A DNA stretch of 64,000 bases from Sphyrna mokarran (Eukaryota): positions 10,664,001-10,728,000 of the forward strand of contig JAGIQG010000023.1 of NCBI GenBank assembly GCA_024679065.1, given 5' to 3'. The notes beneath the pieces are model-generated. The model searched no databases, was not told where the DNA came from, and was given only the letters and a program-made list of their open reading frames with translations. This document shows, piece by piece, positions 22,646 to 35,198 of this stretch. Numbering within the stretch: position 1 is the first letter of the stretch; every line of letters starts with the position of its first letter. A program made the translations under genes and the position numbers.

Positions 22646-23539
22646 AATATATTAAAGCAAAATACCGCAGATGTCTTCAATCTGAAATATTCAGTAGGCC
22701 TGGAAGCAACAGTGGACAGAAGAGATTAACAGCTGTATTTTATACGACCTGGGAAGGGGCTGGCAGCTGGGGGCTCATGCAAAGTCATGCCTGCTGTCGT
22801 TGGTATTTGACCAGCATCAGGGGAGGTGTGAGATGGCCAATCTACTTAGTCCCCTCCCTCTGCTATTATTCTACCATTGGCAGGAGATGCCCAGACCACC
22901 CAATGAGGCTGTCAGATTAAATGTACTGGCCTTGTTGTACCTGACAGGAGCATTCCTTCAGTCCTAATACCTTGTGTTGAATGGGGAGAATCCCGCCATC
23001 CCCAACACCCACTCTTGCCCTGTAATATTTCCCTCTCCTGCCCCTCTCTCCCTTTCTTGAACCCAGTCCTCTGTTAGAGCCTGTCTCCTGGCCATTCAAT
23101 ATCCCACCTTTGAAATCCACATCCTCAAACCTTCACCATGGGGACGGCCTGCATTTGCCACGGCTCCTGGTCTCCGGCTTGGACTGAGTTCTGAGAAGTG
23201 GCACTTGTCCCCAGATAGCGATAAAAGCATCAACCTAATGCACTTAACAGCCTGAGAACCGTAACTCAGATTGTGGAAACACAGTTCTCCTCATGAAGTT
23301 CCACCTGAAGTTTTTGGTCACTGACCTTTCATCAGAATTTTCATGAAAAGGTAATGACCTGAAAAATGAACAGCTTTGTTTCCCAGTTACTGCCAAAACT
23401 TCCCCATATCCTGCTACTGTCACTTCTGTGTTTCAGACATTTGAGCTGAGTTTAAGCCTACTTTGAAAGCTTTGTTTGAATTCTTTGCGCTTTACTGGCT
23501 AACGTTGTGGAAATACCAAAGAACAGTCCAATAAGCTGA

Positions 23540-23755
23540 TTTATTAAGCCGATTGAAATTCCTCCAGTCGCCACACTCCAGCACCTATTAGCTCAATGCA
23601 CCCAACCGGCACGTATTTCGGACTGTGGGAGGAAACCGGAGACAGGGGAGAATGTGTAAACTCCCACACAGACATTGACCCAAGCTGGGAATCGAACCTG
23701 GGTCCCTGACACTGTGAAGCAGCAGTACAAACCACTGTGCTTCCATGCTGTCCAC
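23540..23755 (-). mobile_element. HE1-like SINE type B with deletions
   Basis: Reverse consensus match. Confidence 0.75.
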
Positions 23756-24029
23756 AGAGTTCCCTCTTATGTGTCAAAGCAGCATTAGGTTGATGACTGC
23801 CTTAACCTACCAGGATCAGCATGTGGAGAGTTGCAGTCTAAAACTCATGACTTTGCTGCAGAGAATAACATTTTTATCAGTTTGACTGCTCAAAATTCTC
23901 TCTCAATTATTACAAAAGCAATTTTCTTTTTCTCAATTTCTGGTGCGCTCTGTGATTCTATGCTTTGGGACTGTGTGAAATCAAAGTATACAGCCATAAA
24001 ACAACATTAAAATACAGAAATGCTGGCAT

Positions 24030-24263
24030 TTACAATAATAATACGCTTCCGCTTCAATACTGCAATTAAGTTACCGTGAAAATCTCAGCGCCTACTCGGA
24101 TACACTGAGAATTCAGCATAGCCAATACACCTAACCAGCATGTTTATCGGTCTGTGGGAGGAAACCCATGCAAGATACTGGGAGAATGTGCAGACTCCAC
24201 ACAGACAGTGACCCAAGTCAAGAATCGAACCCAGGCTCCTGGTACTGTGAAGCAACAGTGCTG
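24030..24263 (-). mobile_element. HE1-like SINE type B
   Basis: Reverse consensus match. Confidence 0.75.
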
Positions 24264-24512
24264 GTCATTGTACCACCTTAAGCACAATTGGCATATAAAA
24301 TTTACATTGGCTAAAGTGTAAAGGCAAAAAGAAACAGATACAGTGTGCTGAGCAGGCTGAGGATTTGCACCTTCTCAAGATTTGCAGTATTCTGCTTTTG
24401 CATCTATTTAATGTTAAGACCCCATAGAAAAATTTTAAATTTTTTTTTTGGTTATGAGCATCTCGATTAACAGTAATATTTTGATGGATTGTATCTTGTG
24501 AAAATATTTTTG

Positions 24513-24518
24513 AATAAA
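24513..24518 (+). terminator. Candidate polyadenylation signal of the receptor gene
   Basis: AATAAA followed by U/GU-rich sequence; weaker ATTAAA sites occur earlier, so usage is unproven. Confidence 0.3.
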
Positions 24519-24669
24519 ATTTTTTTGATAACATTTTGTTCTCCCTTGTTTTTATGTATGATAGTGTTGCACTGAATTAGATGAATTGGGAAGATTATTG
24601 AATTGGTTTCTCAAGTTAGTCAAGGACTTTGGGAGCGGTTCCAATTTCAGCTAAGCCTAAAAGTTAGAA

Positions 24670-24947
24670 ATTCATTTATTAATCACGAGTAAGGCTTACA
24701 TTAACACTGCAGTGAAGTTACTGTGAAATTCCCCTAGTTGCCACATTCTGGTGCCAGTTCAGGCCAATGCATCCAACAAGCATGTCTTTCAGAATGGGGG
24801 AGGAATCTGGAGCACTTGGAGGAAACCCATGCAGACACAGGGAGAACGTGCAAGATCCACACAGACAATGACTCAAGCCAGGAATCTAAATGTGGGTCCC
24901 TGGCACTATAAAGCAGCAGTGCTAACCACTGTGCTACCAATGCCACC
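24670..24947 (-). mobile_element. HE1-like SINE type B
   Basis: Reverse consensus match. Confidence 0.85.
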
Positions 24948-25434
24948 CCCTTCCTTCTATAAATAAGCCTTCCTTCCATAACAGAGAAGGCTGAAAATAG
25001 CCAGCTGTCATCCTGTATCGTGACTTAGAGGAACCAACACTGGACAACAAAATATGTCAGAAGTGCACACCAGCTGTAGTAAGACCTCGTGATCTTTCCA
25101 TCCCACAAGTAATAGTGAACGTCTTTCAGAATCTATTCCCTACGATTGTTTCTCATTCACTTTCTGCTCTTGCATTTTCTTTGGATAACTCACTTTCCAC
25201 AATTCACTACAAACATTCAGATGCTTGGTTTAAAATGACCTTACTATAAAAGAGGAAAACAAAATCTAAAATGAAGGCAGGCTTCTCGTGGCGTTATGAC
25301 TGTCCTTCCTGTTTGTGCAACATCCTTGAAATGTAAACAGGATGATGATTCAATCAGAATCGCCTGACATTGTGTCAGAGCAGCAGGACGTTGCTTTACA
25401 ACTGACTTCCACAGCACCTCAGGCAGTACTTCTC

Positions 25435-25742
25435 TGCATCATGGTCCCACAGTGGTTAACATTGTTGCCTCAGGGCACCATGGTTCTTGATTTGATTCCA
25501 GCCTCGGGTGACTGGTTGCACACTCTCCTCGTCCATGCATTGATTTCTTGCGGGTTTTCCAGTTTCCTCCCACAGCCCAAAGATGTGCATGTTTTAGGTG
25601 GATTGGCCATGCTAAGTTGTCCCTTTGCGTCCAAAGAAATATAGAGTAGATGGATTAGCCATTAATGGAGGGAAGAGTCTGGGTGGGATGTTCTTTTGGA
25701 GAGTTGGTGCAAATTCAATGGGCCAAATGGCCTCTCGCTAAA
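25435..25742 (+). mobile_element. HE1-like SINE type A, diverged
   Basis: Head, core and ATGGGCCAAATGGCCTC tail. Confidence 0.75.
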
Positions 25743-26311
25743 GGAGAGAGCAAGCTTTTTGCCTACAGGGAGGAAATAGAGAGCCTGCAAGTAGCCAACA
25801 ATGCTATGAGTGCCACTGACTGTGTCAAAGTCACTGTTGGAAGAGGCTTGCGAATAATGTTTGCTTTTTATTTTGCTGGTACAAGCACAGCTCACACCGT
25901 TCTGGAGAAAGAGACTTTCAGGGTTATGGACGTGGAAATTTGCTGAGATGGAATTTCACAAGTTGAACCAGGACACGTACCACATGCCCATTTGGATGAG
26001 GCTTTCTTATACATGCTAGCTAGATGTTTATAAATATTATGGAATGATAAATCCACTCTCTAAGGAAAGATAAATCTTTCACATCCATACAAATAAAGGA
26101 GGTAAGAATAAATTCTGCACACTCCCTTCATAAGAGGAAAACAGCAAAAAATATGCTGTGTAAACATACTGGCGATGACTTAAGGAGGAATTAACATTCT
26201 CACTTGCTTCTTAAACTTGTCAACATTAAGTTAAAACAATAAACTTGCACTTACGTCCTATGAAAAATCCCAAAGCATTTTATGATCAGTGTAAAGCGAA
26301 TTATTGGTTCC

Positions 26312-26668
26312 CATTGAATCCCCACAGTGCAGAAAGAGGCCATTTGGCCCATCAAGTTGGCATCAACGCCAATCTCACCCAGCCTCTATCCCCATTAACC
26401 CCACACATTTACCCTAGCTAATCCTTTTAGTCTACGCATCCCGGGACACTAAGGAGCAATTTAGCATAGCCAATCCACGTAACCTGTACACCTTTCTGAC
26501 CATGGGAGGAAATTGGAGCACCCAGCGGAAACCCACACAGACACGGGCGGAGAATGTGCAAACTCCACACGGACAGTGACGTAAAAACCCGGGTCCCTGG
26601 AGCTGTGAGACAGCAGTGCTAACCACTGTGTCGCAGCAGTGCTAACCACCGTGTCACTGTGATGCCCT
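26312..26668 (-). mobile_element. HE1-like SINE type A with a 23-bp tandem duplication in the head
   Basis: CAGCAGTGCTAACCACTGTGTCG repeated near 26611-26656. Confidence 0.85.
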
Positions 26669-27032
26669 TGCGCCCTTCTGTAGGAAAGCAGTATTATAAA
26701 CATTAAACCTGCAGCTTTCAGAATCAATAGTTTCTAACTTTTTTCTAACCTGATGTCCATTCTGTTATTACCTTCATAAAGTTGCAGAAGCATCAACACA
26801 TTTCCGCTACAGTAGGTGAGCAGTGAACACTGCACAGAGCAATAGGAAATCTAGTACTATCAGAAAACACACTGGAACACAGAACGCATCTGACCTTTAT
26901 GAGTATCAGAGCCATTAGTAAAATCTGCTGTCACTAATTAAGATTTGGGTGAGAAGGTTATCTTGAAACAGTGCCATGATCAAAGTTTAACAGGATACTT
27001 CGTTTGATCTTCAGTCTCAGAGCATTGAAGCC

Positions 27033-27316
27033 AGGGAGGTACAGCGGCTATCCTCACAGCGCCATGCACCTGGGTTCGATTCCCAGCTTGGATCACTGTG
27101 TGGAGTTTACACACTCTCTCCATATCTGCGTGTTTCTCCGGATGCTCCGGTTTTGTCCCACAGTCCAAAAGACATGATTAGGTTGCACTGGCCATGCTAA
27201 ATTCTCCCTCAGTGTAACCGAACAAGTGTCAAAACTGTAGTGACTAGGCGATTTTCACAGTAGTTTCGTTGCAGTGTGAATGTAAGCCTACTTGTGACTA
27301 ATAAGCTTTACTTTAC
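27033..27316 (+). mobile_element. HE1-like SINE type B
   Basis: Consensus match ending GTAAGCCTACTTGTGACTAATAA. Confidence 0.83.
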
Positions 27317-28138
27317 AAGTCAGGCAAAACACAACAAATGGAAAAACACAATTTCACTTTTTGGATGGGTGAAAAAGACAACTGCCCACGAAACATAATA
27401 ATTGTTTAGGAGACCTTTATTAAGGTTAATGACAGTTTTCATCTACTACTCTTCATAGTACAGCAATGAAAAAGGTTGAATGCAATAGAAAATTATCAAA
27501 TAATATGTAGAGCAATATGTATTCTCTACTTTGAATATATCAAGTATTTCTTTAATTCGCTGAAATTGAGTAAGACTCTCCATTGTTGGTTCACCCAGCG
27601 GCCTTCTAGGTTTTTCAAGCAATTGCCTTATCCTCAGAAATCAGACTGAAAACAGTGAGTAATACCAGTTAAGGAACTACACTACTGTTTTTTAATTCTT
27701 TGTAAATGCAATACCTAGTTCAGATGACAGCAATAATTTGGAGAGGTTACACTATACTACAGCAACATGTTCCTGTTACAATCGTTGTTGCTATGGAGAA
27801 CCACAGCAATCAAATCCACCCATGGCAGTGTTGTTTCCCCATCCACACCTCCTTTTGTCTTCAGTGACTGTTTTATATTCGATCAAAATACAACATACAT
27901 CTATATATATATACAGTCCAAACTTTGCAGGGAAGTTTTGGTCACTAAGTTCACAGTTAATTTCTAAAAACCTGGGGAATTGTTAATAGGACTCTGTACT
28001 AGTGCTGGCACAGAAAGGTTTCTTGCATAAGCCATAAGGGTTGCGTAATTCATACGCATTACATGTGGTAATGAAACCTAAACCTTTCATCACAAATTAA
28101 ATTCACCCCAGAAATAGGCTGTGACCAGCAAATTAAGT

Positions 28139-28391
28139 AAGAAGTCTCACATCCAGGTTAAAGTCCAATAGGTTTATTTGGAATCATGAACTTTCGGAGC
28201 ACTGCTCATTCATCAACTGAGGAGTGCTCCTTTTGGAACCACGAGTTTTCAGAACGCTGTCCTTTTTCACCTGATGAAAGAGCAGCACTCCAAAAGTTCA
28301 TGATTCCAAATAAACCTGTTGGACCTTAACCTGGTGTTGTGAGGTTGCTTACTAGGCCCACCCCAGTCCAATGCTGGCATCTCCACATCAT
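28139..28391. mobile_element. Foldback Penelope-like remnant (family P1) with 12-bp target-site duplication
   Basis: Inverted arms CCAGGTTAAAGTCCAATAGGTTTATTTGGAATCATGAACTTT and its reverse complement; AGCAAATTAAGT at 28127-28138 and 28392-28403. Confidence 0.75.
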
Positions 28392-30194
28392 AGCAAATTA
28401 AGTGAGTTAGCTGCCCATTTATTATATTGTTAAATCCATTATAATTTAAATCAGAAAGGAAAAAAACATTTCAATGTGGAGAATATACAATAGTTCAAAC
28501 ACTAGAGGTTTTGTGAAAGTCAGTTTCAAGGAATTACTTTAACTGTATCCATTTTTTCCTTCTACAAAAGGAAGAGCCAGGAGATCAAACCAAAATGTTT
28601 GATCAGGAACTTATGGGAAGAAAATTTAATTCAAAAAATTCTAAACTTTTTGGTTCATAAACAGCTGCAGTGAACCACATGGTTGGAGCATATAGCAAGA
28701 TTTTTACAAACGCAGCATTGTCTTTTGTCATTGTTTTAGTAATATAAGGGTGATGACTCCAGAAGCAGCTATGTTGGATGGATAATAAAGCAAATATCAA
28801 GTCTTTTTTAATGTTATCAGAATGCTGTAGAATATGCAAGACCAATGGATTTCTTTATCCAATTTTTAATATCTCCTTATTTATAAAGTCTCCATTACAA
28901 TTTAATGTACCAGAAACATGAAAACCAATTCAGTTCTCCACCACTGTTGGCTTTGAGCACATTTGACTGTAATACATTAATGATGCTTAATAAGAAATGG
29001 TAATTCTACAGAGCTCAAAGTCCAAAAAACTGATTTCTCCCAACTCTTAATATTTTAGCCCATCTTCCATAAATAAGTATTTAACCCAGATTTTCACTGA
29101 ACTACTAACAGATAGGGAATATATAATTTAGCTGCTCATAGTCAGTGTTGATGATTTTCCCAAAAAAAATACATGAGAATCAACTACCCTGAATACCCGC
29201 AAATATATACTCAAATGGAAATCCTTCCTGTTCTTAAACTTGATTATAATTATTTCTAAAAATTCTTAACTTTCAATTGAAGTTAGTTCATCAAGTTCTG
29301 AAAACATTCATTCATTGGGATTCTCTACTCCAGAGGGCTGTGGAACATCAAGATCGATAGACACTTTGAAATTTCAAGAATCAATACTAAGGTGGAACCA
29401 TGTTATTATGGAGGAGCTCCCCAAGATGTGGCTTGGTGTACTCCTGTTCTTATTGCACGTGAGTGGACAAAACCCAACGCAGTCAATGTTCATTAAGTTA
29501 TCATCTTACTTGCTTAGGAAGAGTTTAGGTGTCGAGAGGCCAGAAGAGGTGGACAGGGTGGGGAGCAGGTATGGCTGAAAGGATGTTCTACGTGTGCATC
29601 AGTAAAACTAAAATCTACACAAAATGTTTGTCACTTAAAACACTATCAAGGTGGATTCCTATGCTACAGATTGTATCTGCTGCAGACGATTATTCTGGCA
29701 CATGTCACTACAATGCATTGCCTCCCATGGTGCTGCCAAGCTACGTTTTTGCAGATTGCAATGGGAAAGGACTGACTTAATTCATTTGCAAATATTTTTG
29801 GGGAAATATCCTTTTTTTTTAGGGCTGGGGACACTGAAGAACAAATTGTTTGTCATTTTCCTGGTTCCTGCTTTAGTTCTACATCACATAATTAAGCTGA
29901 AACTGGGGAAAATAAAATCAGAAACACAAGAAAACAATACTCTATTTCATAAAGCATGAACAAATTTTAATACAATCTTCCATCTTGGATTTATGAAAAG
30001 TACTGATTATCACGAAGGAAGATTTTAACAGTACTTGAGAAGGCAGCTGAAAATCCTATCAGTCCTCAAAATGAAACTGCCTGTCTGCTGGCTCAAATAT
30101 ACGGATGGATATAAATGGAACATATTTCTTTCTCAGTTGTATAGATTAATGAAAAACAGTCTTCTAAGAATCACGTGATTCAAACTCATTATAG

Positions 30195-30462
30195 CGCACG
30201 GTGGCACAGTGGTTAGCACTGCTGCCTTACTGTGCCAAGGACCCAGGCTGGATTCCCAGCTTGGGTCACTGTCTGTGTGGAGTTTGCACATTCTCCCCAT
30301 GTCTGCATGGTTTTGCTCCGTTTCTTCCCATAGTCTGAAAGATGTGCTGGTTAGGTGCATTGATCTGAACAGGGACCAAAGTGTGGCAACTAAGAGAATT
30401 TCACAGTAACTTCATTAGTGTTAATGAAAACCTTACTTGTGGCTAATAAATAAACCTTAACT
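30195..30462 (+). mobile_element. HE1-like SINE type B
   Basis: Consensus match. Confidence 0.85.
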
Positions 30463-30683
30463 TCACTTGCTTAAGAAAATTATCTTTAACATCACTTACT
30501 GTAATGATGTTATCAAGACAGAAACCCTGTTTATCACTTCTGCAGATGCTGAGAAGTATTTGCAGTTTTTGTAGACTTTATTTTCTGTTCATATTCTGTT
30601 TTGAGGCATCACAATGTCAGCAAAAATGCAAGTTCTGGAATTTGAGGTCCTTAAGCTCGTGAAATTAAACATGAATTTTCACA

Positions 30684-30689
30684 TTTATT
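30684..30689 (-). terminator. Candidate AHCYL1 polyadenylation signal
   Basis: Minus-strand TTGTATTTTAATAAA in UTR-like context; alternatives at 32859-32864, 32535-32540 and 27416-27421. Confidence 0.35.
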
Positions 30690-31274
30690 AAAATACAAGG
30701 CACAAACTGTACAGACCCACAGAACAAGCAGGAGCTACCCACGCTCATGTGCGCCAACCATACTGTAAGCATAAATACAGCTAAACCCTTTTAATGCCAA
30801 TATTCTGCCTGTTTAAAAATAATTTGGATCGTTAAAAAATGATCTACCAGAATTTCCATTTCTATATGGAGCAGTGAAACTTAAGGAGCCAATGTACCTC
30901 TTAATTTTCTCTCATTTTCTTATTTATTCCGGATGTCATAACAATTTTGTGAGAAAAACACATTATAGGCAAAGCAAATCCACTTATCTCTGCTAAGTAT
31001 TAATGTTGTTATTCACACTGCACATTTTCAGTCTTACGCTATCAGCATTCATCAAATGTTAAACTTCACTGGGCAGAGGATTAGCTACCAGCTATTCAGA
31101 TGGCACTTTTGCAGTTATACAGCTGAAGCTGGCACTGATGTGGGATTTCAATGGGCTCATCAGAAAGCTCTGCAGACATAGCGTGTATAGATCAGAAATC
31201 TAGAGTTTGGAAGCAATTACCCCTTTGCAGCAGGTGAATATCAATCTCGTATCTCTCCCTGGTGGGGAAAGGAT

Positions 31275-31555
31275 CGGCACAGCGATTAACACTGTTGCCT
31301 CTCAACACCAGGGACTTGGGTTTAATTCCGGCCACGGGTGACTGTCTGTGTGGAGTTTGCACATTCTACTTGTGTCTGCACAAGTTTCCTCCCACACTCC
31401 ATAGATGTGCAGGTTAGGTTGATTGGCCATGCTTAATTGACCCTAGTATCAGAGAGTTAGGAGGGTAAATGTATGAAATAGGACCTGGCTGGGATTGTTT
31501 TCAGTGCAGACTCGATGGGCAAATGGTCTCCTTCTGCGCTGTAGGGATTTTATAA
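31275..31555 (+). mobile_element. HE1-like SINE type A
   Basis: Consensus match. Confidence 0.83.
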
Positions 31556-32589
31556 TTGATAGAGGAAAAAATTGGTTAGACCCGTTAAATTAATGGAAGT
31601 TGGTGCTACAGTACTCACTCAGTTCACATCACTATGTCAAGAGTTCCCAAGTTAAAACCAAGGCTGGTCCACTAAGGTTTCCCACTTGACTGCCCAGGGC
31701 AACACACATCAGACTTTTCAGCAACTGTTCTCTTATCACTGGCAGCAAAATGATACATTACTGTTAAGACTTCTCTTGTTTTCCCTACCATCATGATGCA
31801 GCACTCAAAAAACAAAATGCACTGCTTAGCAACTCGAGCAAGATCCAACAATCCTCTCACCATCAAGGAGAGATACAAGATTGATATCCAACTGTCACAA
31901 AGGCGTAATTGGTTTCAAATTCTAGATTCCTGATCTAACAATTAGCTTGGCTGCCATTTCAGAATAGCATCAACCTGTCTATTCTTGTGGTGGCATCTAC
32001 ATTTGCTGTGCGTGTGCGCACACAGCAAGGAGGGAAAGCTAGGAAAACTAAACACAGATTAGTTACAGAAAACAGGATGGCGAGAATACTTTATTGGAAT
32101 GATTGGGTCAAAACTTTTAGGAAAGGCAAAGCAAATTTATTCAAATGCATTCAGAATGGGGACCGGATCAACGCCCAGACTGGTGTGAGAAATTGGAAGT
32201 ATCGATTTTTTTTTAAAACGCAGCAAGTTGTTCTTGATCTAGAACATGCTGCCCAAAATGAAAGAGATTCAATAGTAGCCTTCAAAAGCAAATTGCTAAA
32301 TATTTAAAAAGGGAACTTTTGAAGGGCAAAGGGGAGCAAGTAAGGGGCGGTGGGACTAATTGGATAAAACTTTCCAGCGGGCTAGTATAGATATGATGGT
32401 CTGAGTAGCCTCTCTCCCCAGCACGATCTATGATTCTACAAAGTCTACATCTCAAATCAAACCAAGTTAGGTCTCTTACCGGCACTGCTCCAAACTGAAG
32501 CATGAGCAGTTTTGAAAATACCGTGAGGGAGAATTTTATTTCTCCCTTCTTTCCTAGTTAACGACCTAATTTTAGACAAACGAACAGAA

Positions 32590-32720
32590 GAGTGGAATTT
32601 TCCGACAGCACTCACTCCAACACTGGAAAATCCCACCCGAGGTCAACAGAATTTTGCGAGGTCCACCCCCTCCCGCAGCTACAATCCCTATGGTGGGCGG
32701 GTTGGGTAAATTCTACCCAA
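32590..32720. mobile_element. Possible short non-autonomous DNA element with imperfect terminal inverted repeats
   Basis: GAGTGGAATTTT ... AAATTCTACCC termini; a similar start (GGGCAGGATTTT) occurs at 60654. Confidence 0.35.
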
Positions 32721-34061
32721 GGTGCCAGGGATTCAGAGTTCTAATGCTTCTATAAAACGAACAAAATCATTCTCACCCGGGTGAATTCCCAGAAGACAAC
32801 ATAAGAGGCAATGTTTGATTGAAAAATCCTTCATGTTGCTACAATGATTTTTAAATTCTTTATTAGTTTTTCTTTAAAATATATATTTTTCCATGTTAAC
32901 TGGAGTTGAAGTATTTTCTGGTCCCACTGTTGTGAGTGTACAACCTCAGGAGGCTCAAATGGCATAGAACCCACAGTATTAATAGAAGTCACCAGCAGAA
33001 TCCAGTGCTTGGCCATGGTCCACGAAAAGCATTCGCAAAACAAGAGGCCCTATATCAGGAAAATACATAATCGCAGAAATGTTTTGTTTGTATACAGCAA
33101 GTATCTGTGGAACAGGAAGTCACCGAGACACAACCAGAGGTTGGTGCATGTCACCATAAACTCCATTTGGCACAATCTTATGACAAACTGTCTCTAATAT
33201 GATTCTGTCACAACCGTCTAGGATTAGAATACTGACACCTTAAAATTACTTTCCCTGTTAAACCAGCTTCGAAATTTCCTTGCCTGATTGATAATGATTT
33301 GTTTGCGCCCTGAAGTGTAACATCGAGTGGCGTCAACGTATTATAAAGCTCATAAGTAAGGCTAGCATTGCATGAAAGAGAGGAGAACTCAAATTCTGCA
33401 TGAACAAAGCCATTCACATTTTTTTTTTTGTTTCCGGCTACACAGTGATATTTACAACTATTTTAGTACTGAATTGGGTTAGTTAAAAGTTGATACTCGT
33501 CATGTATTACAGTCAGCACTGATTCCTGAAAAGACACGGGTATCAATAAAACTATATTGGCAACGATTAAATCGGGTTCGATTGCCACCAACGAAAGGTT
33601 CTTTTTTAAAAAAAGACATGTAGTTAAAACAACAAAATCCTTTGGAACATTTTGAACTGAGCTTAAAGCTCAGACCTCAGACTAAAACAAAACAGGAAAC
33701 GACAAAGCGAACAAATAAAGATCATTTCTTTTAAATTATTACAGTACTACTTGTTTTCACGTCAATCATATACAGGCTCAAGTGATTTCATGGAGACTGC
33801 ACAGCCACAGTAATAATGTGACAGTTACATCTCCCGGCAGTAAATTAGAAAATCAAAACACTCATTTATAATTGGAGTATAGAAAAAGAATATGCAAGCA
33901 AAAGACCAGACTGTTAAAGGAATAAGATGCCTAGGAGTGCAGAAATGCTCTTCAAATACATTTAGCGAGCATTTAAACTGCTAGGCTGGCTTCTACTATA
34001 CATTCTTCTAGAGGTTTCAGACAACTTGGTCCTTCTTTCAGTCATTTTGGTTCTGCTCCAG

Positions 34062-34068
34062 CTAATAC
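34062..34068 (-). CDS. AHCYL1: AHCYL1 last coding exon (R-Y-stop)
   Basis: Acceptor TTTTTTTTCCCCTTCTTGCAG then G TAT TAG, completing the conserved C-terminus KPNYYRY. Confidence 0.88.
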
Positions 34069-34299
34069 CTGCAAGAAGGGGAAAAAAAATGCTCCATGTA
34101 AAGAAGAGATTGCTTTACTATTCCATTAATGGTTAGCCTTGTTTGCGTTAACAGTTTAAGAACAGGTTCCTCCTTGAAGGACTAATAGTTGTACATACTA
34201 TCCTACTCTTTACACAAAAAGGTTGTTCCACTTAACTAGTCTAAACAATGACTTTCATTACTACAATCAATGGAACATTGACCAAACTATTAATGAGGG

Positions 34300-34617
34300 T
34301 GCCTGAGTGGTTAGCACTGCTGCCTCACAGGAACTTGGGTTCAATTCTGGCCTTGGACGGCTATGTGGAGTTTGTAATGTTCTCCCCATGCCTGTGTGGG
34401 TTTCCTCAGGTCACCTCGCACACATCAAAGATATGCAGGTTAGTTGTACTGGCCATGCTAAATTGCCCCTTAGTGTCCCAAGATATGTAAGTTAAAGGGA
34501 ATTGTCGGGTAAACGTGGAGTTATGGGGATAAGGCCTGGTGTGAGATACTCTGTCAATGAATCGGTGCAGACTTAATGGGCCCAATGGCCTCCTTCTGTA
34601 CCCTAGGACTCTGTGAT
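34300..34617 (+). mobile_element. HE1-like SINE type A
   Basis: Consensus match. Confidence 0.8.
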
Positions 34618-35182
34618 AAAATACACAGGCCGTGTTTGTATATGAATAATCTAGAAGTAATATAGGGCAATTGAAACACAATATAGAGGGATCAACAGCA
34701 CAAAGATAGTTGCTTCTGTTCAAATGTAACAGCCTTCAACAGGTAATTTCACAATAATTTATAAGTTAAAGTGAATGTGCCTGCATTGTGTGTGTGTTCA
34801 CTTTTGTGCAGAAGGCTGATTATACATTGTAACTCCATGTTTCCGTCAGTTTATTTATTTGATATTTGCATTAACACTTCCCACTTGATTAGGTGTTCAG
34901 TTATGAGGAGGATCTGGGCATTAGTTTCATTGTAGTCTTGGTACATGTTACCAAATTAGCTGGTTAAAGTTCTTCCGTTCAGGATTTCTGATCAACACCA
35001 ATGGCTTTGGATCGTAAATTGTGAATTTAGCCAATATAAAAACAAATTACTCTGGATGCTGGAGTCTCTTTCTGTGGATTTAGCTATTGACATTGTGAAG
35101 GATGGGGGTATTTGAAGGGAAGGGTCTTATTAAGAGTGTGTGTGTCCGTCCATCCGTGTGTGTGTCTGTGTCTGTGTGTGTT

Positions 35183-35198
35183 GCGCTCCCTCTGGTGG
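35183..35198 (-). promoter_or_regulatory. Candidate CTCF site
   Basis: Minus strand CCACCAGAGGGAGCGC is close to the CTCF core consensus; motif evidence only. Confidence 0.4.

Noticed and set aside
25243-25265. TATAAAAG plus GAGGAA as a promoter
   Set aside because: Short motifs expected by chance in AT-rich DNA, with no downstream exon
21612-34061. A third protein-coding gene such as STRIP1 between the two genes
   Set aside because: No ORF or exon with recognisable protein similarity; ORFs here derive from SINEs, LINEs or AT-rich noise. Very small exons could have been missed
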